From Chara braunii (taxonomy: Eukaryota; Plantae; Charophyceae), in NCBI GenBank assembly GCA_003427395.1, contig BFEA01000004.1, positions 3,950,290 through 4,014,289 on the forward strand: DNA of 64,000 nt, written 5' to 3'. The position numbers were made by a program, and so were the translations under genes. Positions within the stretch are counted from its first letter, which is position 1. Each line of letters starts with the position of its first letter. Positions 37,760 to 51,110 of this stretch are shown here, piece by piece. The notes under the pieces were generated by a model. It did not search any database and was not told the DNA's origin. It worked only from the letters and a program-made list of their open reading frames with translations.

Positions 37760-38764
37760 AACAATTTGATAAAACGGTTTGACTCCAACGTTGGTGACGG
37801 GAAGCTGTCGTGCGGTTTCTTTATTACCTTACAAGCTAGGACTAAGAGGTAATCTTGAAATCCCGTGGGGTACTTATCTCCAACGAATAATAAAAACGAA
37901 GGTAGTAGGGTAACTCCCGAGGGGTTATCCTAATACTTGTTTGATTTTGGGATCGACTAACGAGGAGAAGGAATGAGGTGATTGTGTTTGGACAGTAGAG
38001 AGATACTTCCGGGTGAGTAACCCTACTACTTATTTGGATATGACTGATAGATGGTATGAATAAATGCTAACGATCTATGTATTTAACATTAAGCCAGGAT
38101 ATGGGAGGTTCCCATGGGGTCATCCCATTATTTGTTTGGCCTCATCTTAACAAGCCAGGTAAAGATACTCCAGAAAAGGGAGGATCTGGTGTTTGTCTGG
38201 GTCCGTAAACATAATCCTAGCTCGTCTGACTCTGCGAAAGTAGTAGAATGATTCTTGTGGGGTCATCCTATTACAGTCTTTTGAGGATAGGCTGAAGTTT
38301 GATCAATGAGTAATATGAGGTTTCCGTGAAGACCACCTATTACTAACTTGAATTTTGTATTGATACCTGAGTCTGAAGTGTTTTTGGACATTGTAACAAG
38401 TGCTAAGATGCTTCGACAAGGGTCTGTCAACTTATTGTTTTAAGTAAGATAACTTAGGACATAGGCAAGTGACTCCTTGAACAAAAGGAGGAAAAGTGAC
38501 AGGGGACTTAGGGTGGGTAGAAGCTAAAGGGTTAGACTTTGGGATGTTGATCCCAAAGTTCACAGACCAGATTTAAGGGTTTGACCCTTAGATATCTACA
38601 TGTGGGAAATCGAGTGGGGGTGTTGAATCTTTGTTGACGTGTGTGTGTGCATATCCCTGTTTTGATCTATTGCAATTGAATGAGAAGTCGTACAAAGAGG
38701 ACTCAACTTTTCTGTTATCTCTCGATAACAGGTCGCTCGTTGCCGATTCAACTTCTCCCCTTTG
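37760..38764 (-). mobile_element. Possible LTR remnant with Copia-like PPT
   Basis: Minus-strand CAAAGGGGAGAAG followed by TTG; repeated ggggt(c/t)atcc motifs. Confidence 0.3.
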
Positions 38765-39294
38765 ACTTGATACCCACGTATAAAATCAAACCCCTGTGGT
38801 CAGTAAAACTGTCACCTGAGGTCATTGCCTAAATGATCCAAGCCACTCTCAAGGGTCCTTTGAAGAATGTGAGGGGGTTGGGCCTACGTCTCAGAAAAGA
38901 TAAAGCTGTCATATATTGTTTGGAAAGTGAGGGACAATGTTTAAGGTGTGGATTGATGGTTGACGTCGTTAGTGCATGGCATGTGGATTGTCTTTGCATT
39001 ATTCTGTGCAGGTTTGTTTTGTTCGTGGTTTTGAATTGAACTGGATTCGACTTCGTGAAGAGTCTTGGACGCGTAGCACTTGTGAAAGTGGGAAGGGTTC
39101 CCAACAGTTATACCTCCATATTCATTATCAGTTCTATATAACTTCTATACTATCTGTTGTTCCGTCATATGTTAAATGTAATAGAATGACCTTGTTAGTG
39201 ACATGGTTTGATTGGTACTTTGATCGCAGTGATTAGAAGAATAACATGTTTTAAAAGCAGAAGCGGAAATAGACGGCGTTCTAAAAGTTCGACC

Positions 39295-39660
39295 GGAATA
39301 TCTAACGGGTCAGTTTTAGGCGTCTTACCACGCGTACCCTGTTTTGTGCTACAGCGATCCAGAAAACACCCTCGGCCGACCTACCTCTACTAAGGCATGT
39401 AAAAGCCTTCGCATGTCGACCGGTAGCTCAGCAGGGATACGCCTACCTAAGGGTGGTGACAGCTCCTCGGGTAGAGGTAAGTTATACCTCGCGACGTCCC
39501 GACCTGTCGCAGGACGTCGTGAGAAGTATAGCATGCTCGCACGGTCAGAGTGGTGAATGGTCCTTTTCAAACGAAAACATCCTGCGTGACTCGACCGTGA
39601 GGTTCAACGCTCCCCATCAGGGCGCGGGACCTCCGCGCGCGACACCGTTGTGTCGCTTTC
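39295..39660 (+). repeat. Dispersed ~350-bp structured repeat, copy 1 (others 60590-60950 +, 50800-51110 -)
   Basis: Shared core gtagctcagcagggata.gcctacctaagggt.gtg...ggtaagtt.ta.ctcgcg. Confidence 0.85.
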
Positions 39661-40422
39661 CTCTTCCAAAAAAAAAAAAAGTACTATTGTTCGTTTTCGT
39701 TTCGTTTTCTTATGTTTTATTGAATTTCGTTTTTTTATAAATGTTTTATTTTCACATCGTTCCCGACGGGGAATGGACACCGTCCGTTCAGACCAATAGC
39801 ACCTACGCCATCAAGTCTAGAAATTCAGCAATGGGTGGCTGCTCTTCGTATACGTCAAGCAATCCTACGTGGCACCCTATCTAAGTCACCGCGACATAAT
39901 GACATCCTGTCACTCTTTCGAGACGACGACCCACGCTCGGAAGTGGGATCGGGTGGGAACGTTACAAGTCATTCCCACCACCATTGTCCATCTTTTTTTT
40001 CTCTCGTATTAATCATTTTCTCGCACTGCAACGTCGACCTTGTAGTTCCTCATTTACCAATCACACGTAACATGAAGGGTCATAAAAGAAAGTTGTCGCC
40101 ATGGTTGATGTCACCTGAGATTCGACAACGACGACTCTCGTATCATCGGTCACCCTCAGGCATCGACGATGGCGACGGCATGTCAGTCCATTTTCCCCCT
40201 CGTCGCCCAACATCCCCACTTTCGTGTAGTCTGCCTCGGTTGACTCTTGGTCTGCCCCTGCCACCCCCACTTCCGTGTTTACTAAGTAAGGCCGCCATAT
40301 CGATCTTGATGTAGAGTTTTCACCTTGAGTGGGTATGGTCGAGGCCACCGCCTCACCTTGACACAACCTACCTTCCCCCTAACCCCCGCCCACTTTCCCC
40401 CCTCCCTCCACGCAACACCCAT

Positions 40423-40571
<149 letters not shown>

Positions 40572-41531
40572 TGCACTGTAATCATTATATCCGACGATTG
40601 TCCCAGTTATTGTGTTCGTTTTCTATGTGTGTTGTGGTCGCCCGACCGTGGGCGCAACCACTGATTGTCAGGTTTTGTTAATCGCCTAAGCCACGCTATT
40701 GGTCAACGTACCCTTCGCCATGAAAGAAGTTGTGGATGAGAAGAATATGCTTTTGAGAGAGACACTCATAGAGCAACATGGTTGACGGTGCTGCGTTCTG
40801 TGAATTGCAGCTATATGCAGTCCAACTACGAGACAAGCGAATATGCGGTGCGCGCCAATGATAACCCAATTCTACCATTCCACTAAAATGGAAAGCGGCA
40901 AGACTGTGTTTTATTACCAGTCTGGCAAACCCGTTACAGATCCTGTCGGCGAGGCTGCGGGTTACCGAAATAGGGACGAGATGGAGGACCTTCATTTTGC
41001 TGCATGCGTGGAAGAGGATAGAGTCGTCAGACTAACAACAAAGACTTATATTCGTTGCCACGCCATTGAACACATTCGGGTGCTTATGTCTAAGCCGAAT
41101 CGATCGTACTTCACTAGCAAATTCCTGAAGTCCGTGAAAGGTGATCAAATGTATGATATCGTTTGGCCCCTTGTGCATCGAATACTCTCGACTCATTATG
41201 GCACGGTTAGTCGGGCCAGATTATGGCGCCTTGTCGTGAGCAAACCCTTTTTCGTGCGTAATGGCGAGGATTTCTCTAGGATATTTTACCCTTGATGTGA
41301 GATCGGGTGCTGACGAGCATGCGTTTATTGTTAATTTTTATTTCCTCCTATATGTTCGTTCCTCGTTGCGAGCGCGAGCGACGGTTCTATTATTGTACAG
41401 CCATGCAAAACAGGTAACGTCGACAACACACAACGCCCAATCAATGATTGATTGTTTTATTGGTTTGTTGATTTATTGATCGTATGATATAGCAATTGTT
41501 TTTTTTTTTTTTTTTTNGTGCGCGCGCGCGC

Positions 41532-41596
<65 letters not shown>

Positions 41597-42942
41597 ACAG
41601 CGGTGACACTCCTCGATAGACGATGTGGACGTTGCCGTCCACCTTTTTGACAACGCAAGTCGATGAGGGGGCTACAGATAGGATTCCGCCCACCTCATCT
41701 ACTTTTGTCCTTCCACCAGCAACAACGGTGGCCATCGTGGATGAACTTTATGGCGGGGGTTGAGGAAGTCTTCCTCATAACCATGGCAGCATGAATGACG
41801 GTCGGGAGTCGATCCAGCGCTCGGCCTGCAGGGGTGGGCGACCATAGTTGCGGCTTACTCCCATCTAGATCATTGGTTCATTCCTCCTTCCCCCAACAAT
41901 TATTTGCACTCGCCATTGACGACCGATGATAAAGAAGGAAGGGGTCATGATGGCGGCGAAAGGGAGTAGGTGCCTGTGTTGACGGCCTCGTCTTTGCGGA
42001 TGATAGGCAAACCACGGGTTGTGGTCTCATACATTATGGAGCGACGTATTGGTTTTTGATATTTCAAAGGCCTCATTTCCCCGTCTCCTTCTTGTTTTTA
42101 TTGTTATTCTTCTTTTTATTCTCCTCCTTCTTCTTCTTCGTCGTTGTCTTTTTTTTCTACTACTGTTATTTTTCTTCCTCCTTTTCTTCCTCTTCTCCTT
42201 CTCCTTCTTCTTCTTCTTCTTCTTCTCCTTCTTCTTCTTCTTCTTCTTCTTAATTTTTTTGCTCGGCGGTGGGGCCACAAATATCATAAAAATAAAATTG
42301 TAATTTTTTTTCCATAATAGTTTTTTTTTTAAACTTCCGTCATACAATCTCATTGTCACCCTGACACAAAAGTTATTCTGATGTGCATAACATATTTTAT
42401 TTTCATGTTTTTGTATTTATTTTATTTTATTTTTTGTTGTTTATGTTTTTTTTTTTTTTTTTTCTCGGACCTTCCTTACGCCTTCGACGGTTGGCCTGCC
42501 CGGGCAAACAACATGACCCAGGCGGCCGGACTGGTAGCCTGCAAGTTAATGTCGTCAAACAGGCCCGGTTGATTTTGTTTTATTTATTTTTTTTGGCTCG
42601 GATGGTTTTAGCCTCCTTTTGCGTTGGTGAAACTCCAACGAAACAATTTGTCAGAGCCCCTTGTTTGCTGTTTTTTTCCTCCTCTCTATCTACAGTTTAC
42701 CGAACACCTCTGTTTGGCGATAGCCCCTCGTTTGTTGTCCTATTCCCCCTTTTGCATACGACATCGTACCGAAAAACTTTGTTTCACGATGTACACAGTC
42801 AAACAAACTTGCCCGGTGCAATTAAATACTCGGATAGAGGAAACAATGCGAGCAAACGAGGGGCTGTGAACAACTGTATATATGTGTGTGTGTATGTGTA
42901 TATATATCCGTACGTTCAGTCTGCCAACCCTATATATATATA

Positions 42943-43742
42943 TTGGCAGACTGAACGTACGGAGGCCCCTAAGCTGACCCCCGAACGTACGGGCGTTCAG
43001 GTCCCCGTTCGGGACCCGAACTTGAAAGGGTTCGGACCCCGCAAAAAACTATTTGGGCACCTACATATTTTTTTTTTTCTGATTTTTTTTTGGAGTTCTT
43101 TTTGTCATGTAAGGTATCTCCCTCTCAATTATGAAGCCATTCTGTCCAACCAAAAAAAAAAAAAAAATCCTCAAAGATGGTGGTGTCAAAACTTGCTTGC
43201 CCACTCACTAATTTGTTTTTTTTTTCTTTTCACTTTTTGTTTTTTCTTTATTTCGGGGTATGAAAAAAATTATTATTTTTTCAAACTTTATTTATAGATT
43301 GTCTATTATGTAAGATACACATATATAACTCTTTATAGCATTGTCACAACCAAAAGAAAATGAAAAATCGCCAAAGATGGCGGTGTCAAAAACGTGCTCG
43401 CCCACTCAATAATTTCATTCTCGTTTTATTTTTTCTAGTTTTCATTATTATTATTTATTTATAGTATTTGATTTTCATTTAAAATTTGGTAAAGAATTTG
43501 GATGTAACGTTAAGGCAAATGCTCTTTAGTTTATTCTTATGCATAACATATATTTTTTTCATATTTTTTAGATTTGATTTTTTTTTTTTGGCCAAATGCG
43601 TCGAGAGGGGGTGCCGAACGTTCGGACATTCGGGTACGGGCGTTCAGATTTGGGCGTTCGGGTTCGGGTGTTCGCGTTCTGGCGTTCGGGTTCTGGCGTT
43701 CGGGTTCGGGCGTTCGCCCCATCCTGAACGCCAGCAACGTTG
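42943..43742 (+). mobile_element. Non-autonomous hAT-family element (relative of 51612-52381)
   Basis: gttcgg/ccgaac subterminal repeats; two internal aaagatggcggtgtcaaaa.gtgctcgcccactca units; in a (TA)n context. Confidence 0.8.
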
Positions 43743-43871
43743 TGTAGATATATATATATATATTATATTATATATATATATTATATTATATATATATATA
43801 TTATATATATTTTATATATATATATATTATATTATATATATATATATATTATATATTATATATATATATAA

Positions 43872-44540
43872 AAGGGTGACCAGCGTTGGGGAGGGGATGA
43901 ACGCCCGAGCTCCAACGCTAGAACGTATGGAACCCGTTGGGGATGCGTTCATTGTTTTGCTCAAACGGTAAAAAAAAACAATTATGAGGGAAAAAAAAAA
44001 TGTTATGATGAAAAATAGATTAGACAATATGCTGCTTTGCATTGCAATGGAAAATGAATATTAGTAATAAAAATAATTAAAAAAAAAAACACGAAGAAAA
44101 ACTAAAGTTAATGAATGCGCGAGCACGTTTTCGACAGCGCTATCTTTGGTGATTCTTCAAATTTATTGTTGGCATAGCCTAATGCCCTGGAATTTTGCAT
44201 ATGTGTACCTCACAAGCTAAAAAAATCATGAAAAAAAAAAAAAAAAAGCCTCGAACTCAAGTGCAAATAAAATGTAAAATGTGAAAAAATAATAATAATA
44301 AGTGGGTAAACACGTTTGGACATCGCCATCTTTGGCGATTTTTCAATATTTTTGTGTGTGAGTAACTTACATTACAATTTATGTACATTTACGTCACCTC
44401 ATAGGGGGGGGAGGGGAACCCGAAAATCATTTTCGTCGGATCCCGAAGCCCTTCGGATTCAGACTTCAAATGGGACATCAAAAGCCTGTACTTACGGAGG
44501 TCGGACCAAGGGCCTTCGTACGTGCTGGTTGTTAACCCTG
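43872..44540 (-). mobile_element. Non-autonomous hAT-family element, opposite orientation
   Basis: agggtgaccagc ... gctggttgttaaccctg termini; internal units in reverse complement. Confidence 0.8.
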
Positions 44541-44824
44541 CATATTTATATATATATATAAAGAGAGAGAGAGAGAGTTCAACTTGTTGATTAGTCGGTG
44601 AAACTCCAACGAAATAGTTTGTCACAACCCCTCATCTGTTGTTTTTTTCTCCCTCTCTGTCTACGGTTTACTGTGCAACTTGAACTCTGTGTGAGTATAT
44701 ATATTTGGTGAGTCGGGCGTTCTGAGTCTTAGATAGATAGACAGATAAACAAATAGATAGATTGTGAGAGAGAGAGAGGAGAAATAATGTGTCATTGCCC
44801 CTCTCTTTTGTTGATGGCAGGCGG

Positions 44825-44899
<75 letters not shown>

Positions 44900-47149
44900 C
44901 AAACAGAGCTGGTCGGTAAACCGGTAGGCAGAGAGGGAAAAGAGGACAATAAACGAGGGGCTGTAGCAATATATATATGTACATAAAAACACCGAAACAC
45001 ACACACACGAACAAACATACACACAAACAAACACACACACACACACTGACTCTCTCTCTTTGAAGCGGAAAGAGAGAGAGAGAGAGAGAATCATTGTGTG
45101 TAAATAAAAAAGTGAACACCAAACAACACACACTAAATGACATGCGCACGCACACGCACACTCATACGCCTACGCACACGTGTGAAATCCTAGTGTAAAA
45201 ATACCAATAATATTCGCGGATGGGGTCTTTGATTTAGTTAGATGCAAATTTCCCTGTTTATTAGCTTTTTGTATATAATATTTTACTACTTGTTCTAACG
45301 TTCTATCTGCAGCTTGGAGTTCATTTACTCTGTAGTGATTCACATCTGCTAAGATTAGAATATAGTAGAATAGAGATATATTAGAATANCAATAGATATA
45401 TCTATTAGAATATAAATAATTAGAATATATATTTATCTTATAACACAAGCAATATATTGATTGTATATTTTTTTTATTGCATATTCATATTATATGATCT
45501 CATATATAATAGTAGAATATCTTACTAAATAGAAAAAAATAATACATAATAAATAGAATATTGGTATTAAATGGGCTTTAGGTGTGGATGGACTTTCTAT
45601 GGGACTTGTTTTATTGACAGGTTTAGTTACTACATTAGTGGACGAACACGAAGGTGCGAGACAACTCCAAACTTGCAAGCGAACGCCGACGATGAAAAAT
45701 TATGCAGGATAACCACGGAACACACACGAAGCAACACGCAGACACACATACACGCTTGCTACAGAACGACTATGGCGTGGGGGTTAATGGCACGACGACA
45801 ATGCCACAGCCAGTGGTGGTGAACAGGGGGGGGGCAGCGAACAGGCAGACAAGCTGACGGTGGCTATGTGACCACGTGAACGAAACCCTAGAAGACCGAT
45901 AGGGACTATCAATGTGAGAGAGTGTTTTCACAATCATATGTAAAAAAAAAAAAAATAATAATAATAATAATAATAAAAAATTACAAACTAAATAACGAAA
46001 ATGAAAAAAGAAAACACCAAGCGAAAATCTTTGTCAAATTTTGGGTGAAGGTATTCCGTTCCCGCTACTGTAGGAAATAATGAAAAACTGGTAGTCGGCC
46101 ACGTACTGGACCAGGCTGACCGTTTCAAAGGCCCTGACCTCAATCTGTCGTCGACTGCCTCTGTGGCTTGGACCAGACGTCCCGCACCTTAGAACTTTGG
46201 GAGCATGATTGGAATGGTTGACGACCTGCCTGAAAACCCGACCCGAACTCATTGCGCCGATGGTTTTCGAATGCCGGGGGGAGTGGCGGTTTAAACTTAC
46301 GACCTGGCTAGACTGCAGAAACCTTGTTAGGAATGCATTTTCAAAGCGTATTTGTGATCGCGCCCAATTAACTCTTATCCCTTTCCAGAAAGGCGGCTGG
46401 TTGTGACGTCAACATCTTCAAACTGCCAAGAAGGAACTTTATCAAGCTTTTGTTATTTCATGGGGAAGTCGAGGTCTGACAATGTTGCCTCCACTTTGCA
46501 CCTAAACATCTTTTTGTGAAGGTAATTTCAGTAGAGTCACAAAAATGATTTATAAATGCATTATAGGGCAAGATACAGTTTGCAATTGCACTTGGGGCAC
46601 CCTTAGTGGCCAGAATGTTGGGTTGTATACATTATCCGAACTGCAATTTGAAATTGTATTTTGGCTCATAGTGCAATTAAAACTAATTTTTGTGACTCCC
46701 ATATAGTTTCCTTCTCTTTTTTGTTTGCCAGAAAATGGATTATGGGTCGCAGTGAACATGATTGAAATACATGTTTGTATGATGCGAATTCCGATACTGA
46801 GCACCAAACTAACTACAAAAGTTATTGTAGCTCAAAGTACTGTCATTCGTATAACCTTGATAGCACAACAATCCATTGTAAAAAACAACATTCAGAATCC
46901 AATGACATACTATAGTCTCGTACTACTAGATTGCAGACGGACAACTCTGTTGTACTAAACTCAAAGGCGGTGGGGGAAGTATGCCAGAAAACTATGAAAG
47001 GGGTTGAAAAAGGAATGAAGGACCTAAGTTTGTCAAGTCATGAGAAACTAAATGATAATTTCTTCTTAGTTCTCCACTTTCATCTCCCTATTCCCATCCC
47101 ACTTAATTGAATCCAACTTGCCTCATCCACTTTCCCCTAAACAACTGCC

Positions 47150-48400
47150 ATTGAATTGTTAACTACGCCGATGTATTTCATACTTTTAAAGAAAAAAAAT
47201 AATTATTTATTTTATCTAGTCTGGTTATGTGGTGATGACAGTTTGTATTTGTTGCTTTATGGTATCGGTGCATTTCAAACCATAAAGTCTAAACTCTTTC
47301 CAATTCATAGGTACATCTTGTCCTTCATAGAGCCTACAATATTGCTCTCGTACAAATTATGAACATGTTTTGTGTAAACATGTGGGGTTGAACTAGTAGT
47401 CAGATTGCGCACAATAGTTTCCTCAAACCCCAAGGTTATGAGGGAGATGTACCTAGTTGATTCCACATCCCGTCCCACCATTTTCAGAGCCCGATTGCGA
47501 CAGGACATTGCAGAAAAATATGTTCTATTATTTTTGGTATATTCCGAGCTTGAAATGTTTTTGCACAAAACTTACACCAAGGTATTACAATTCATTTTTG
47601 TTCTATATTAGTTTTGTTAATAATCTTATCCTTAATTGGTAAACAACGATGTTCCACTTGCCCTTGCAATAAAGCAATATTACCAAGTTTTATTTTGATT
47701 GTGATTAACCATTTTATTCGGTGGAGTTGTTCCTTACTAACATCACGCTGACACAACCCTCGAACCCTCATTCTATCCGTCAAAATAATCTAAGGTTTAA
47801 GCATCCAGTATGCCGGTTTCTCCATGAGAGTAGTTAATGATCTAGTACCCAACCTTCGCTTTCCAATTGGATTAATCCAGATCCAGTTAGTTGAGTCCAA
47901 GGCCAAATTCTCCATCGAGATGGTACGAATGAAGGCCAATCACCGGTCTGTGAGTTTTACGACTCAGATTTTGAAACTTTGATGGAGTTCAAACTATTTA
48001 TTGTCCTCAAAATGAAATTTTCAAAGTTTATTTTGATATAAATTGGACAAATTGATAAATATTTCCTTATCCTGATGCATTTCAACTATATTGTCAATCT
48101 AGGTTGGGTAGTCTGTAATGACTACTCAATCAATAATCCTCAAAGTAGACCACTCTCTTGAAAACCTGATCGGTTATCGAGGAACCATTTTCAATTATAG
48201 TTGAGGCCGAACATGAATAACAACAAAGAGATGGTTCAATAGTTGTTGACAAACACCAATCATTTACTTCTTTGAACCATGTGTTCCAACTTGTTGCACC
48301 CAACCTCACGACCTGCACGAGATGCTTATTACAATGAGTGTAGGTATGTAATGTAAGATATTAGTTGTGCTAAGGATTTAAGGAATATGGGGATTGGACT
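47150..48400 (-). pseudogene. Possible heavily decayed non-LTR retrotransposon 3' region
   Basis: Stop-riddled fragments SWNTWFKEVNDW and IKLGNIALLQGQ loosely resemble RTE/L2 C-termini. Confidence 0.2.
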
Positions 48401-48778
48401 ATTGTGTCGCAGCTTTGATATCTATTGTCAAGGTCCCCAAAACAAAATAGACGTAAACCAATTATGTAAGATTTGCAGGCAATGACGAGGGCTAGGCGTG
48501 CTCGAGTTTGAGCCTATCTCGAGCACCGATTCCCAAGATGATGGACTTATGGAAGACAGTGGCGCCTATGAGACTCGCCTAGCTCAAAGTTGAACGTTGT
48601 TGTGCATTCGCCCATTTTTTTGCAGATCGCATAAGTCGAATATATAATGATGATCGTGGCAGTATCACGTTTAATTTTGTGCAACTCGCATCTGACTCTC
48701 AGTAGCCAAAACGATGAGCATGTATATGGTCCGATCAGAGAGTGTGGGGCCATGCATGTTGGGACATTTGTTTATTAA

Positions 48779-49178
48779 ACCACCAATCCCCCTGATGTCA
48801 GAAACCTCCGACGTACCGGTAGTCCGCCTGATGTCAGAAACCTCAGGGGTACCGGTAGTATAGAGTGGAAAACCGGTCGGGCATGAAAAAATAGAATTTG
48901 CAAAAATGCACCAAATCGGCACGACGAATATTTGATGTTCAAAATAATTTTATTTTATTTTTCGATACTTATCCCTGAAAGAACACAACATAATCTATGA
49001 ACCCTCAAATTTGCAGACGTTTTGATGAATTCTTTTGAGCACAAAAAATCGACAAAATTGCCGCTTGCAAATGGCGAGATTCGAACTACCGGTGACGAAC
49101 AGTGGTCGTCGCCTCTCCGTATAACTCGGCCCTAGCTCACCGGGCCGTGGGGTTTCGGCTGGCGGGGGGACAGGTGGT
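48779..49178. mobile_element. TTAA-flanked TIR element (ACCACC-terminus family), 400 bp
   Basis: TTAA|accaccaatcccc ... ggggacaggtggt|TTAA; internal duplication cctgatgtcagaaacctc...gtaccggtagt. Confidence 0.7.
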
Positions 49179-49959
49179 TTAAACAGACGTCCGACGATTT
49201 CGCGAATTAACAGTATGGTAGAATCTCGTATAGCAGTTTGAGCTAGAGAAAGATTACAATTTTTCCGCACGCACTGAGTGCAAGCGTGCAAAGACCAACA
49301 TTGTTGTGCCACCGTCAAGGTTGGCTATCATTGATTTTGGTCTTTGCACACATGCACTTTGTGGGCAATGAATGCCTTCATTCGAGGTACCGTTGATTAG
49401 CTTGAAGCGACATTTGGATCCTCTATAGAACAAAGTTCGTAGTGCAACTCGATTTGAGTACTTTTTGCGTTCAATGAGAATCCCTTACGACCGCAAGAAG
49501 GCGTACGTGAACGACGTCCGACACAAGAAAGAAGTTGAAGTTTCACCAGCTGAAAATAATGAGATTGTTAGATTGACCCAAGCACATTCCAAAGGTCATT
49601 TATAGGATTTTGCGTCTGCTAAGCTCGAACTTGGCCCTAGCCTTATTTGTTGTGACATTGGACTTTCAAACTACAAATACGGGAATCGAGGACAGTTGGT
49701 GAAGAAAGAGTTGCAAAGTATGGTTGAAGAAAACTGAGGGGTTGAGGGTCTTGGAAGACAAACCCCTTTCGATTTGCAGCTGGTTTTTGGCATGAGCACA
49801 ACAACCGAACCAAAGAGGTGCCGCCGGGTTCTTTTTTTTTTATTTCATAGTTTTTTATTTTATCAGTATTCTATTAATTTATTTCTTTTATTAAGTGAAA
49901 TTTATTTTTTGGACTGGGCCCGTTACCAGTTTCGGAACCGGCGGTGGTGCCCAAAAACT

Positions 49960-50245
49960 TAGCTTAATTGGTACGCCCATAAATAATTGAAACACATACC
50001 TTAGTTCGGATTCAGATGATGAAACTTGAAGAGTATAACCAAATGTATTAATTTGTCCAGACCAGGATGGTACCAGTCTTACGTCCATAGGCAGTGCCAA
50101 CCGGGCTTAGCTCAGTTGATAGACCCATAAATTGTTGAAATACAGATCTTAGTTCGAAAATCATAAGAGACAGATAAGTGAAGTACTGCAATTATTAATT
50201 ACCTGAGACCGTTCAGCTTGCTGATGATATCTCAGAGTTAGGGTA
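49960..50245 (+). mobile_element. Two tandem diverged tRNA-SINE heads
   Basis: tagcttaattggtacgcccataaa...ttagttcggattcagat and tagctcagttgatagacccataaa...ttagttcgaaaatc. Confidence 0.65.
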
Positions 50246-50799
50246 CGAGATTTGGTTATTTAGGACATCTTTTAACATTGGAATGATACAGAGAAGATAA
50301 ACATGACCCGTGCATGAGGATATCACGTATAAATGAGGAGGAAGTTTATTTTTATTTTTTTTCTAGTGCCTTGTTGATATGGATTGCATTTAATCATTGA
50401 GGCTTGCTCTTGTTGAAGTCGTATTGCTACCCAGGGCAATTGCAGTGCTATATGTGGTGATTGCCTTGTTGTTTATGCTCACGATTTTTATTTTGATGTC
50501 GGGCTTCAACATAACCTGCGTAGCACGACGAACGTGTCCGTGCCCCTTCATGTTCTCGCGAATGTGTTCGCGCGAACAACTCGCGAACATGTTCGGGCGA
50601 ACATAATTTTTTTTCGTAAAAAAAAACAAAAACAAAATATTTTATTTTTTAGTTTGTGATTTTTAACTCATGATTGGCTACGAATTTGAACATAACTCCA
50701 AGGCAAAATTTTGTTTATGTTTTTTTTTTAATGTTTTTTATGTTCGCGTTCGGAGGGTTTAAGGCGCTTGTTCGCGTTCGCCTCCGAACGCGAACACGG

Positions 50800-51110
50800 T
50801 CCTACATAGAACATAACTTGTCGAACGTAGAAAAAAATGTAGTTTTGTCGCTCCGGCCATGTGCGCCAATGATACCTCTTGAGAGAACCCCTACGACAAC
50901 ATAGGGTCACGCGAGGTACAACTTACCTATAGCCAATCTACTGTTACCACTCTTAGGTAGGTGTATCCCCACTTAGCTACCGAGCCATATAGGAAGGCCT
51001 ATTTTTACACAAGATGCAGAGGTGGCCCAACCACATGTGTTTCTCGTTCGCTATAGTATATGGGGTACGAGCGATTAACGCCTAAATCGAACCCATCCGT
51101 GAACCGACAC
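50800..51110 (-). repeat. Dispersed structured repeat, copy 3
   Basis: Reverse complement ggtagctaagtgggatacacctacctaagagtggt...ggtaagttgtacctcgcg. Confidence 0.75.

Noticed and set aside
39420-39500. Intact tRNA-Arg gene or intron-containing tRNA
   Set aside because: The D-arm lacks its GAGC partner and no cloverleaf or acceptor stem can be formed.
42383-43297. 304-aa ORF
   Set aside because: Runs through T-rich repeats and a hAT MITE; F-rich, non-protein-like.
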